A DNA stretch of 64,000 nt from Saccostrea echinata (Eukaryota): positions 23,498,001 to 23,562,000 of the forward strand of contig NW_026889751.1 of NCBI RefSeq assembly GCF_033153115.1, read 5' to 3'. Both the position numbers and the translations under genes were made by a program. Below, one piece after another: positions 1 to 12,500 of this stretch (the stretch's first letter is position 1; each line of letters begins with the position of its first letter). The notes beneath the pieces are model-generated. The model was given only the letters and a program-made list of their open reading frames with translations. It searched no databases and was not told where the DNA came from.

Positions 1-833
1 CTAAAAGCGCAAGTCAATTATAATTTATTTCAACGAGGTTGTAGATTTCAACTCGAATTTCCTCTATACGTACATGTTGTCAGTGGTAGAACTTGCTGCT
101 TTCGCCATGACATTGTACTCTACTTGGGTAGCGAAGATTGGACTGTCATTCTCTTTGGTCTCTACTTAAAAATAACACCTTCTTCGTTTGTGATGTATAA
201 TGAATCCGTTATCTTGTTCTCATTGTTTACAACACCGCATGTAGTCTATTTTTAGAGCATTTTAAAGATTTAGATCATCAGCAAAGTGAACCTGTACAAT
301 TCGTCCCCAGGAGAAAATGGACGAAACAATGGAGGTTTATTTTTCTGTGTAGTACGTAATCAAAAAGTGGTGTAATGAGCCTCCTTAATAGAAACCGGGG
401 CTATCGATCGGCGTCATTGTTGACATCTCTCTCTCTCTCCCTCTCTCTCTAGAAATTCGAATATGTGTATGGCATATTACAGCGATGTCAATATGAAATT
501 AAAAATAAAAATGTGTGGACACGCAAAATTAAAACAACATTTAATTTGCTAAATTCTGAAAACTGCAACCAAACACGCTCAAAGATGTGATTTAGAACGA
601 GGGCAGGTTGAAGAATACAATGTACAATGTAACTGTTTTCACGAGTACATTCGCAGGTGGACATCACGTGATGAATTGTAATATTTAACAGGTCAGTCGA
701 AGTCAAATCAAGGTTAACTCAGTCATAACAATGGAAACAAGAACTTTGTTTTGAACATGTTTTTTGTTAAATTAAGTGTGAGCGCACGTTTGTCGGCTCT
801 TCTTTTAATGAACATTTTCGGAGTCTCAGACAC

Positions 834-3800
834 CAGGGGCTCGTTTCTCAAAAAGTCGTAGATTTGGGCCTAAGTTAGTTCGACTAAGTAAGTTACGCCA
901 AAATTTAGACGGGCCTAAATCGCGTTTCAGAAAGCGGCGTAAGACCGGGCCTAAGACTAAGACCTCTCCGCTAAGTACTAAGCATGCGCAGATCGTATTT
1001 TATTTGGTTTAGAGACTACAATTACATGTGGCGGATCAAATTTTAAAATATCAAACTTAAACCTAAATACAGACGTAAAGCACTGAAAGCATGAGCACGC
1101 GTGCATGTTTTCTCTCTTCACAATCTTTCAAACAGATATATTACGCAATCCCACCTGTATTTTCAAGGTCAAAGCATTAAAATTAAATAACCATTTTTGC
1201 ATGCTCAAATAAAAAAATCTATATACACATGAAGTTAAAAATTACATTAGAAAATCATACACGTGTACACGATTGTGTTATTTTGATATACAATCGTACA
1301 TTAAAACCCAAACGATGTACATACATGTAGTGTAAGCATGATAAGTACTTGTGAACAATTCGAATAAATTAAGCATGAGGTATTTTAAGTAGTTTTCCTT
1401 TCAATATGTAATATTGTTTTTCACTTATGTTAAATACATTAAAACAAATACACATAAGGTAGTGGCAAAGGGCTGGAACAGGCTAGTAGCAACAGTTTAA
1501 AAGGTGGAGGGAGCAACTTCCCCCAAAAAAATTCTGATAAGCCAAAAAAAAAAAAAACCTGAACTACTAGGGGGCAACTTACCAAATTAATCTGACCCAA
1601 AAAAAAACTTCATTAATTGTCCAAGTCAAAAACCTTATTATTATAACTGTCCAAGACTGAAGTCATGGAATTTGACAGTGCTCGACCTTACAGTGACAAA
1701 AAGTGTGTGTGTGTGTGTGGGGGGGGGGGGCATCTGAAGGAAAATTTACTATAGAAGAAAAAGTGGAGGTCCGGGGCCCCCTGGCCCCACCGCGTTCTAC
1801 GGGCCTGTGGAAAATTTAACAATTATGAAATCATACACTAGTATTATTATAATATGGATAAGAGTATTGAAAAATTATCAGTTGTATTGAATTTCTAATT
1901 TCATTACAGAATAATCAATTCTTACTGAATTAGACTTATTGGCATTCAATTGATACATGTATTATAATATTACACTTTGGACATACAGTATTATACATTG
2001 ATATCGATATGATAATTTACACAGTCCATGCGGAAATACGCATATACAGCATATCCATTAGCACACACATTCTTATTAAAGGTTTAAAGCTTAATTAGTT
2101 TTAAAACAATTTCTTGTAAGCCATATGACAGGTAAGCAATCTAGTATTTTTATAAATTTCTGAAATATTTCCATTTGATATACAGGTATTTCCAGTCGGG
2201 ATCAGATATATCAGATATATTTAGATCGGACAAAGTATAACTTTCAACATCACCATCTTTTCCTTAAATGTAGCAATTCCGTTTAATTTTTTTTATTAAG
2301 AATATGATCAAATAATATTTCTTTTATGGATGCTGAATATCTCTTGAAGATTTTATCTAGATTTAAAGATATAAACAAGTCATGATTTTCATATTCATAA
2401 ATATTTTCAAATAAGCAAAATTTCTTCTTCTTGATATTTTTTATGAGTATCATGCATTAAATGACAGCAAATTCTAAACTCTGTTTCTCATTTACAACAA
2501 AAACATTTTTAACACTTTATTGACCATTTTCTTTTCAAATGTAATATAAAGTGTTTATCTGTTCATAAATCGATCAAAAACGCACATTCAAACAAAATTC
2601 GTCTGAGAAAAGTACGATAGATTGTCAATGAATTAAAAACAAGTACCTATTTACTAGTAAAAAAAATGATAGACCCATCTTACGCCATGACAGTTACTCC
2701 TTTGAAATAGGAAAAAAAACAGTATTATACAAAGGATACTTTAATTACTGTAACATTTTACTTTTTTTTCTTTTTATGATATTTATATTTAATTAAAGGT
2801 GAAATTTAGGTAAAAGGTGCATTACCTTGATTAGTTGATGGCATAATTATCGAATATTTTTCATTATCGAAAATATATTGAATGTATATTGTTTGAGGAG
2901 CTAGTCTTATTAAAACATTATCGATTTCAAAACAAAAAAATATCAAGGACCCAGCAGCGTTTTTAAAAAAGTGTGCGGGGGATGGGGAAAGGGGGGGGGT
3001 AGGTTAGGTAATTGAGTAACCAAAATATTCAGCAAACTTTAACAGTACAAGAAAAGAAATACTGAAAGTGTAGGACAACCTAAATTACAACTTAATTTTT
3101 AACAGAAAACACTATTACTACAAAAAGCGGTAGTGTTGCAGCCTCTCTCCCATACTACGCGTGCCTGTTTTTTTTTTTTTAAATTCTGGCAGTTCTTAAT
3201 TTCTTACCTAGTTTCACAATTTAAAATTCATAGTTACAAATTTCTAGTTCATCCACTTTTTACAGAAAAAATCTCATCCTCGCTGTGTTTTTTAATACCT
3301 TTCTATTTGGTTTATTCCCACTTAGTGCACACACCTTCTATTTACCTACATAGTAATTGTATATTTCACGATTTTTCACATATCGTATATGAATATGAAT
3401 AGGTGTTTATATCGTGCGCGTAAAAAATAATTATTTTTTTTAACTCTTTATGATCAAAACACTTGCTCGTTTCTCAAAAAGGCCTACGACCAGGCGTAAG
3501 CTTAGTCCGGACTAAGTCAGTGACTAAACCCCAAAATCGGACTAAGTAGCGTTTCACAAAAAGGCGCAGACTTAGTCGAGACTAAAGTTAAGCTTAAATC
3601 TAGGCCTCCTCATGAGTAGGCTTAAGTTCTTAGTCTGTACACAACTTGAAAAAAGTGGCAAGTGTTTTGATCAAAAAGAGATAACAAAAATAATCATTTT
3701 GTACTTATAAGATAAAATACCTATTCATGTACATATATGATATGCGAAAAATCGTGAAATATACAATTATTATGTAGGTAAATAGAAAGGCAGTAAAATC

Positions 3801-6554
3801 CAGCGAGGATGCAGACTTTTTCCGTAAAAAGGTTTGATGAGCTAGAAATTTGTAAGAATTTTGAATTGTGAAACTGGGTAAGATATTAAGAAGTACCCGA
3901 GTTTTAAAAAAAACCAGTCAGGCGTAGTATGGGGGAGGGGGTTGCAACCTTCCCGTTTTTTCCAGTAATGGTGTTTTGTGTTAAAAATTAAGTTGTAATT
4001 TAGGCTGACCTACACTTTCAGTATTTGATTTCTTGTACTGTCGAAGTTTGCTGAATATCTTGGTTACTCAATTACCTTCCCCCCTCCCCCCCCCCCCCCA
4101 CACACACAATTGGGTCCCTGATAATGTGTTATTTTTGAAATAGATAATGTTTTTGAAAAAAAAAACTCAAACAATATACATTTAATATAGTTTCAATAAA
4201 AAGAAATATTCGGTAATTATGCCATAAATTAAGTTAATACACCTTTTACCTTAATTTCCCCTTTAATTAAATATGTTTATAGAACAGAAAAAATATGAAT
4301 TTGTAAAATGTTCCAGTAATTAATTATCTTGTCCTTAATAGTGTTTTTTCCTATTTCAAAGGAGTAACTGTCATGGCATATAAAGCATGCAGATGGGTCT
4401 ATCATTATTTTTTAAACAGGTACTTGTTTTTAATTAATTTACAATCTATCGTACTATTGTCAGACAAATTTTGTTTGAGAGTGTCTTTTGATCGATTTAT
4501 GAACAGATAAACACTTTATATTACATGCATTTGAAAAGAAAATGGTCAATAACGTATTAAACATGTTTTTTTTTTTTTATTGTAAATGAGAAACAGTTTC
4601 AAATTTTTCTGTCATTTAATGCATTATACTCATAAAACGTATCAAGAAGAAGAAATTTTGCTTATCTAAAAATATTTATGAATATGGAAGTCATGACTTG
4701 TTAATATCATTATATCTAGATGCAATCTTCAAGAAACATTCTGCATCTATAAAAGAAATACATGTGTTTAAGAACTGAGAGTGTTTGAGAATTCATGAGG
4801 ACATGAACTACGACGCTTCACGCGTACGCCGGCGAGAAGCGCGTTAGCGCTTCATGATAAATATGCAGGCGTGAAGCGGTGAAGTTCATGTGCCTCATGG
4901 ATTCGCAAAAATTAAATTCATATCTTATATTTACATTATTTTTCTGATAACTTGCCACATATTTTTGTCATTCAACGATCATTTTTGAAAGAAAACAAAG
5001 TTTGCATTAAAATAGTTGACTTTAATCACATCACAATGGAAATATTCTTACTCATCCCATGAGATCATGAACTTTTTTTTAATTTGCAAAAGATGTTGAG
5101 GAAAAATATTTGAAAAATGTAAATATAATATGATCATATTCTTAATAGAAATTGAAACGGAACTACTAGGTTTAAAAGAAAAAGATGGTGATGTTGAAAT
5201 TTGTACCGTTCCCGATCTAAATAAATCTGATTCCGACTGGAAATTATTAAATGAAAATATTTCAGAAATTTATAAAAATACTAGACTGCTTGCCTGTAAT
5301 ATGGATTAGAAGAAATTAATTAACTATTTATCATATATATTTTATATTTTTGATAAACTAAAAATACTCGATTGACTAATTAAGCTTTTGCAAACCTTTA
5401 CTGAGAATGTGTGTGCTAATGGAAATGTTGTATATGCGTATTTTTACATGGACTGTGTAAATTATCATATCGATATCAATGTTATACTGTATGTCCAAAG
5501 TGTAATACATGTATCAGTTTGAATGCCAAGAAATTTAATTCAGTTAGAATTGATTGTTATGAAATTATAAATTCAATACAACTAATAAATTTCCAAAAAT
5601 CTCTTATCCATATTTTAATAATATATGATTTCATAATTGTTAAATTATCCACAGGTCCGTAGAACGCGGTGGGACCAGGGGGCCCCGGCCCTCCACTTTT
5701 TCTGAGTGTAGTATTTTGCTATATTAAATTTTCTTTCAGATGCTGGTGCCAACCCCTCCCCCCATCCGATTTTGTCGCTGTAAGGTCGATCACTGATAAA
5801 TTCCATATTTTCATGACTTGGACAGTTAATTAGGTTTTTGACTTGGACAGTTAATGAAGTTTTTTTTTTTTGGGGGGGGGGGGGTCCTCAACTTTCGAAA
5901 CCGTTGCTACGAACCTGTTCCAGGCCTTTGCCACTACCTTAAGTGTATTTATCTTAATGTAAAACATAAGTGAAAAGACAATATGGCTTATTTTCAAAAG
6001 AAATTTACTTCAGTAAAATTCTTTATGCTAAATGTACTCCAATTTTTCGCAAGTACGTATGCTATGTACAAAGTTTGGGTTTTAATGTACGATTGTATAT
6101 CACAATGGAGTACATGCATGTTTATGTTTTTCTAATGTAATTTGTACCCATAGAGATTTTTTAAAATTTATCTGAGGGTACAAAAATAGTAATTTAATTT
6201 TTATGCTGTAACCTTGAAAATATGTATACAGATTGATTTGCATAATATATACATGTATGTTTGAAAGATGGCGAATAGAGAAAACATGGACGCGCACTAG
6301 TGCTATCCGTGCTTTACTTCTGTATTTAGGTTTAAATTCAATATTAATTTGATCCGCCACATGTAATTGTAGTCTCTAAACCAAATAAAATACGATCTGC
6401 GCATACTTAGTACTTAGCGGAGAGGTCTTAGTCTTAGGCCTAGTCTTACGCCGCTTTCTGAAACGCGATTTAGGCCCGTCTAAATTTTGGCGTAACTTCC
6501 TTAGTCGGACTAACTTAGGCTGAAATCTACGACTTTTTGAGAAACGAGCCCCTG
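834..6554. mobile_element. 5.7-kb palindromic (foldback-like) non-autonomous DNA transposon with PIF/Harbinger-like termini
   Basis: Termini CAGGGGCTCGTTTCTCAAAAAG...CTTTTTGAGAAACGAGCCCCTG. Arms 834-3466 and 3658-6554 are reverse complements along their length. CWG trinucleotides flank GGGC...GCCC ends. No transposase ORF. Confidence 0.8.
4761..5128. mobile_element. Short hairpin-containing insertion present only in the right palindrome arm
   Basis: Absent from the matching left-arm position (about 2310). Internal inverted repeat about 4783-4823 / 4868-4912. A related sequence lies at about 37940-38000. Confidence 0.6.
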
Positions 6555-6816
6555 AAATCGCACTACGGACAGCGGACTTGCGAACAAAAGACAACTTACG
6601 GGGAGCGTATAGAAATACGTTTTAACATTTACCTGAGAATTTTCTCTCATTATCTCTGACATCTGTTAAAACGAATAAATTGAAAACAATTAAATTGGTC
6701 AAAATTTGTTGAGATTGGTAGAGATTAAAAATAGTTCGTTCTTAGCACATTTTGCAAACAATTAAACTACCATATTAATTGATCATAATTAAATATGTTT
6801 TCTTTACATCAAATGC

Positions 6817-7877
6817 AATGGCGGATTCAGATTGGTAACGGGAAATGCAGCCCCCTCCCTTTGATTTTGGAAGAAATAAAAAATAATAAATGAGGATTGT
6901 AAAGAAAAAAAATATAAGAAGGGGTGAAAAAAGAGACTTGTGACTGTATACATGTTATTGGAATTTTATGATGCAACAGGCAATAATAAACTTGACATAT
7001 GATTCATCTTCTTCAGCACAATAAAGTCATTCAAAATTTTCGATATCTCTTGATTGCACAAGAAATAGGAAACCGATTGTTTATATCAACACATTAACCA
7101 CATCAGCTCGGTTAAGATAATATAGAAACTAGTGATTATTTTTATCAATAAATCGGATATGAAAAAGAACATAATTTTGAAAAAAAAAGTCACAATGAGG
7201 AATTAAAATTTGCAAAATTTGATTTGAAAAATCCAAAAGTACGTTGCTAATCTGACTTTATTGAGTGATTTTTTAAAAGAACTCAAAATTTAATGAAAGT
7301 AAACAATTAAGAAAGCTTCCCTCTCCATTTTTAAAAGATAAAATACTTGATATAGATAACACATGTACGTGCAAAAATTCTGAATTATGTTTAGTACATT
7401 AATTAAGCCATTTCTTGGTTGAATATGAATTTGTGTATATATATACATTTATATGGAATTAAAAGTTACATGTTATTACCTCGATAATTCAAATTGTATT
7501 TTTATCATGGCCATGATGTTATTACAAACTCTTTATTAAAATACATCGATGCAATAATATTCATACATTTACATTAAAAAGCCTGTCTTTCAAGATCCAA
7601 GAATTAAGAAACTTCCTAGACTCCTAGCAAGGCGTCAAATTCAAATTTTACCTGTACCCAGTGGAAACCTCAAGCAGGTGGCCTCAGATCCCAAACAGGT
7701 ATCCTGACTAATTTACATAACACTTTGCGCGGCTATTCCAACAAGAATGTAACTGTTCAGTATTTTTAAAAAAATTTTTTTAGGGGTAACTTGTTTATGA
7801 CTTAAAGTTTTAAATCAGTAGTTATATGTCAAAGCTCAGTGCTTGTTACCCATTTACAATATCTGGATCTGCGCCTG
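6817..7877. mobile_element. Degenerate MITE (CARKGGCGGATYCAG-type termini)
   Basis: caatggcggattcag at the left end and ctggatctgcgcctg at the right end form imperfect TIRs. No clear TSD. Confidence 0.35.
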
Positions 7878-9537
7878 ATATATCTGGAGTACGGAATAAG
7901 CTGTATGTGATATGTTATTTACGTTCAAGACACCGATAATGTTTTATTGTCCAAATTTATTTATTTCCTGAGAAAGTACTTTTTTGTTTAAATTAAATGT
8001 TTTATGTCCACTAACAATTCCTTAAAGAAAATTTATCATATAATATATTTTATATAGTGACGCCATAACTTACTTTGAGAGATTTTTTTTATTTAAAGAT
8101 CATGCGCTCATTAACGTACCTATATCAAGATGCAATTCCTTTACATTTTCTTAGTTCTTGGAGATTTCTGCTTTTTATTTGTTGTTGGGAAAATGGTGCA
8201 ACGGGAATTAAACAATTAAACAATCTCTTGGGAAAGGGGGCAAATCATTATTTTAGGAAAAGTTGGGGAAGACACCCCCCTTTCATTTATGTGCAAACTT
8301 GTACAATACAGAGTAGTGTAAATCATACAAATAAGAACGAAATGTGATTATCGAATACAATAAATCAAAACTACAAAAATTATTTATATTATTCACTTTT
8401 TGACACGTTCCCTTACGTGAAAAGTCCGCTGTCTGAAGTCAGCTGTCGGGTGTCTGAGATTCCGAAAATGTTCATAATGACATTATTTTGTTCAATATAC
8501 AACTATAGTTTTCTTAAGAACAGCCGACAAACATGCGCTGACTATGTATTCAGACGATGATAAACGCGTGATCCTGATTATCTATTGATATTCAAGAAAT
8601 CTTCAGGCACCATGCCTTCGATATTTATTTAGTTTACCTCTTACCTCGAAAAGAGCGTTTTAAATTCACATCTGTACCATGAATACACGGTTAAGATATC
8701 GGGGATTTATATGATGGAAAGAATTAATCATTTTATGAAACTTTAATTTACGGCATTTTTTCTGGCCAGTTAAGGCCACCCATTCTTTATCACTATAGTA
8801 AATCAATGTGTAAAAGGTAGCACTATAGTAAATCAAAGTGTCAAAATTAATAACTGTAATACATGCACAATAATTACTATAGTCATACAAATTTATTTTA
8901 ATAATTTATCTAATTACACAACCTAGGTATTACCCGGTATTGCAGATCTTTTTTTTTTTTTTACTTAAGATACCTTTTGATTTCATTTATTTACAACACG
9001 AGAATTCTTTGTATGCAATACTTTTTGTATTTTATCATTAGTATAAGAAACTTTTTGGAAACCTAACATTTTTCTATGAATGATAATGGCAAAATATTTC
9101 TAAACGAGTAAAGGTTGGTCTCATTTCAAATCATGTTTTTTATATTACTGTATCGATTTTGATAAACATGTAGTTTATGAAAATTTATATACTGTAGACA
9201 ATGTTTCCTCAGTCGTGAAAATTAATCATCGCGGACTTATTTCAAACTGACGAATCGCGAATAAAAGATGACGCGAATAATAGTTGGTTTACAGTATAAC
9301 TGAACTTTAACAAATGGGTGAAACTTACTGGACAACTTCTGACCTCTCATACCCCGCCCCTTCCAATGAAATCTGAAATTTTGAATAAAATAATTTCCAA
9401 ATCATCTTATCTTAAGATAAAAAAGGAAAACATTCATATGCAAGTAATTTTTCCTTTACTAAAATGTACATGATTGACCTATTTGATAAAGTTTAGTTAG
9501 TTACACCACGTAAACTTATTTTGTTCTATTTCAGAAA

Positions 9538-12500
9538 ATGCCTACATCTGTCATTTTTATGGTTGGCCTCTTCTTGGCAGATAGGACATGCGCAAAGAGA
9601 TTCCATTATGGTGTTATGATCGATGCAGGAAGTTCCGGTACACGAGTCAGAGTGTATTCATGGCCTGAGCGAAGATCAACTTTCTCAACATTTAACATAA
9701 CTGAAGTATTCTCTCAGAAATTAAAACCACCATTGAGTTCATTTCAGGATAGATTAGATTCAGTTCCGGAATATATGCATAATTTGACCTCAATCGCCGA
9801 ATCAAAAGTTCCATCTCATTTTCATAACAGAAGTCATCTGTATCTACTTGCAACTGCAGGTAATCAACATAGACAAGAATATAGCTATCTCCTACAAAAA
9901 TGACCAATTTAAGTACTAGTATTTTTAATTATTAAAAAAAATCCAATTCTAACTCTTTCCCAGGTCTTCGATTTCTAAAAGAGGAAAAAGCAAAGAACCT
10001 GATGAATACAGTAAGACGTGTGTTGTCTGACAGAAGAATCAACGAATTCATTTATAGCGAAAGAAGCGTTCGAATTCTCTCTGGTGAAGAGGAAGGCGTG
10101 TTCGCTTGGATTACGGCTAATTCTCACAATGGATTCTTCTCCGCTAACAAGTGAGAAACCTATTCTCAAATATTTGATTTAAACTTCGGTATCCAGTTAT
10201 AATCATGTACAAGGGGTATTAGACTAGTTCTTGTAGCATGAGTGCTATTTCTATTAATATCGTAAATTATGATACTTTTTAGATCTCTGACGAAAGGTTT
10301 CGGTGTCCTAGAAATGGGAGGCGGATCCACTCAAATCACTTTTCTACCAGAAGGACCTCTCTTAGCTCACATGTTTACACTCCGAATAGCAGGGCGAATA
10401 TACAATCTCTACTCGCACAGTTATTTAAATTTTGGAATGAATTATATGTATAGAAGAATAAACAAGTATCTTATCCATCAAAGTTCACAGGACACGAGGA
10501 TCAACAATCCGTGTGCATTGATAAGTAAGAATGTAGAAAACTAAAATTCGAGTATTTGAATTCAAACATTATAAGCATTGCCTTTAATACATTTCTTGAA
10601 ATGTAATTTGGATGTACACAAATTATATATCATTTGTATGCCATAGCAAAGAGTCTGTTGTTCACCAGTCCATCTATTATAGTTTATAGTTTTTCAAATC
10701 GCTACTCATACAGTTTTGGTCAATTTTGATAATTGACTACAGCAAGGTACTCTACATTATTTTGCATACTGGTATTTATGACATATTTAGTAATAAATAC
10801 AGGTTTTTGCATATGTGATGTGACTGACGTCGCAATAGCCATATAAGCTTCCAGGGCTGGTATGGATCATGCAGGGCTGATATGGATCTACTGGGCTGAT
10901 ACGTATTTGTAACACACTCGTTGAAGATTAATACTTAAAAAACAGTACTTATAAGATAATTCACTTTTTTGGTTCTCATTCTCTTAATTTTAAATTACTA
11001 TTCTTTGCTTTAATAAGCTAGTCAGTGATTATTTATTTGTATTTGCTTAAACAGATGTGTGCTGTATCCTATTACTAAGTATGTAATAAACATATTAAAA
11101 ACATACCTTTACTAGTATCAGTCCTTGATCAATATCAGCCCTCGGTCCTCTGTCTGATATTGGTGTCTCGGGCTGATACAGAATGTGATATGGAAATGAG
11201 GATGTATTATTCTCTATTGAATCTCATGAGGGCTCGTGCCTTTGCCTTGTTTACAATTCATTTTGTATACTGGATTTATGAGATCGATCACTGTTTCGTT
11301 ATCTTCAACTTTTATTACATTGGTACACATTTAGACTGCACCAAGACACGGTCTGTTAACTGGTACAATTTCAGAAAATTTTAAGATGCATATTCTCATC
11401 CACATCACCTGATCCCACCTCTGATTTTTTTTAGAGGTCCACATGTTCACTCTGCTCCATATTTGTATCATTTCAATGGACTTTTGATCTTGATTACTGT
11501 TCGTGATCTTCATATTTAATTCTATGAATTTTAGACTGAATAAGAAACAGTACAAGTCCAAGTAAAACTTATAGACAATTATTCAATCCAGCAGATGTAC
11601 GGTCTAGATGGAAACATGTACATATATCATAATTTGAATATTTCAGATGACAATTACGCATACGACACTGGAGACAAAACAGTGACATTCCGGGGATCTG
11701 GTTCTCCCTCTGAGTGTTTCAGTATTATATCTAGCTTTCTGAAGGAGGCTCACAACACTTGTTACCCAAAGCCGTGTGCAATAGGTTCTATCTATCAACC
11801 CTCTTTGGGTTCCAACAAATTCTACGCCATTGAAGCTTATGCTTATGTAGCAGCTACTTTAAATGCTTCAGACTCTTCAGGGAGACTTGATATCGAAAAA
11901 CTTAACAAAACGGCATACGTGTATTGTACTAAGGTAGGTAAGCTGGTTACTAAGTCAGTTATTACTCAAGTTCAGATTTTTGTTTCATTCGCACTGAAGA
12001 TGTAGACAGAACAAGCTAACGTATCAGGGATCTAGAGTTGATTTGAATTAATTGGGCAATGCAGTTGTCATTAAAGGTTTGGAGATTTTGTGTAAGAAAA
12101 TGTTTAGTGATCGAACTTGATCAGTGCATACTACCATTGCATTGCAACATAGTACACATATTTTACTCAAGAATGACAAAATTTGTTTTAAAATGCACAA
12201 ATAAAAAGTCGATCTACATTTATATATAAAAAAAATTCTGTACTACAATGTACATATAATTTTTCATATTTTGATTATAATTTAATAATTTGAATTGCCA
12301 AAAGTTAATATGTCATTAAATACGTTTACATCGGTGTCATAGTTGGCCGTTACATCTTTCTACAAGACTGGAAACAAAGCATGAACAGCTATAATAAATG
12401 AAAGATCCTTGCAATGGAATACTTCACATCTGCTCTTTTTAAAATTTTTAAATGCGTTTTATATTTACCTTTTTCAGACTTTGGACTATGTAGTATCTGC

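Larger units (their letters stand above)
781..8539. mobile_element. Old inverted-repeat (TIR) DNA element, interrupted in its left arm by the 834-6554 palindrome
   Basis: 781-833 (agcgcacgtttgtcggctcttc...atgaacattttcggagtctcagacac) is the reverse complement of 8450-8539. The left arm resumes after the insertion at about 6555-6580 (ggacagcggactt), which matches the reverse complement of about 8422-8440. Confidence 0.6.

Noticed and set aside
6376-6594. Basic 72-aa ORF as a transposase or DNA-binding protein
   Set aside because: It lies within the TIR and sub-terminal repeats, has no DDE or Myb/SANT motif, and has a non-ATG start.
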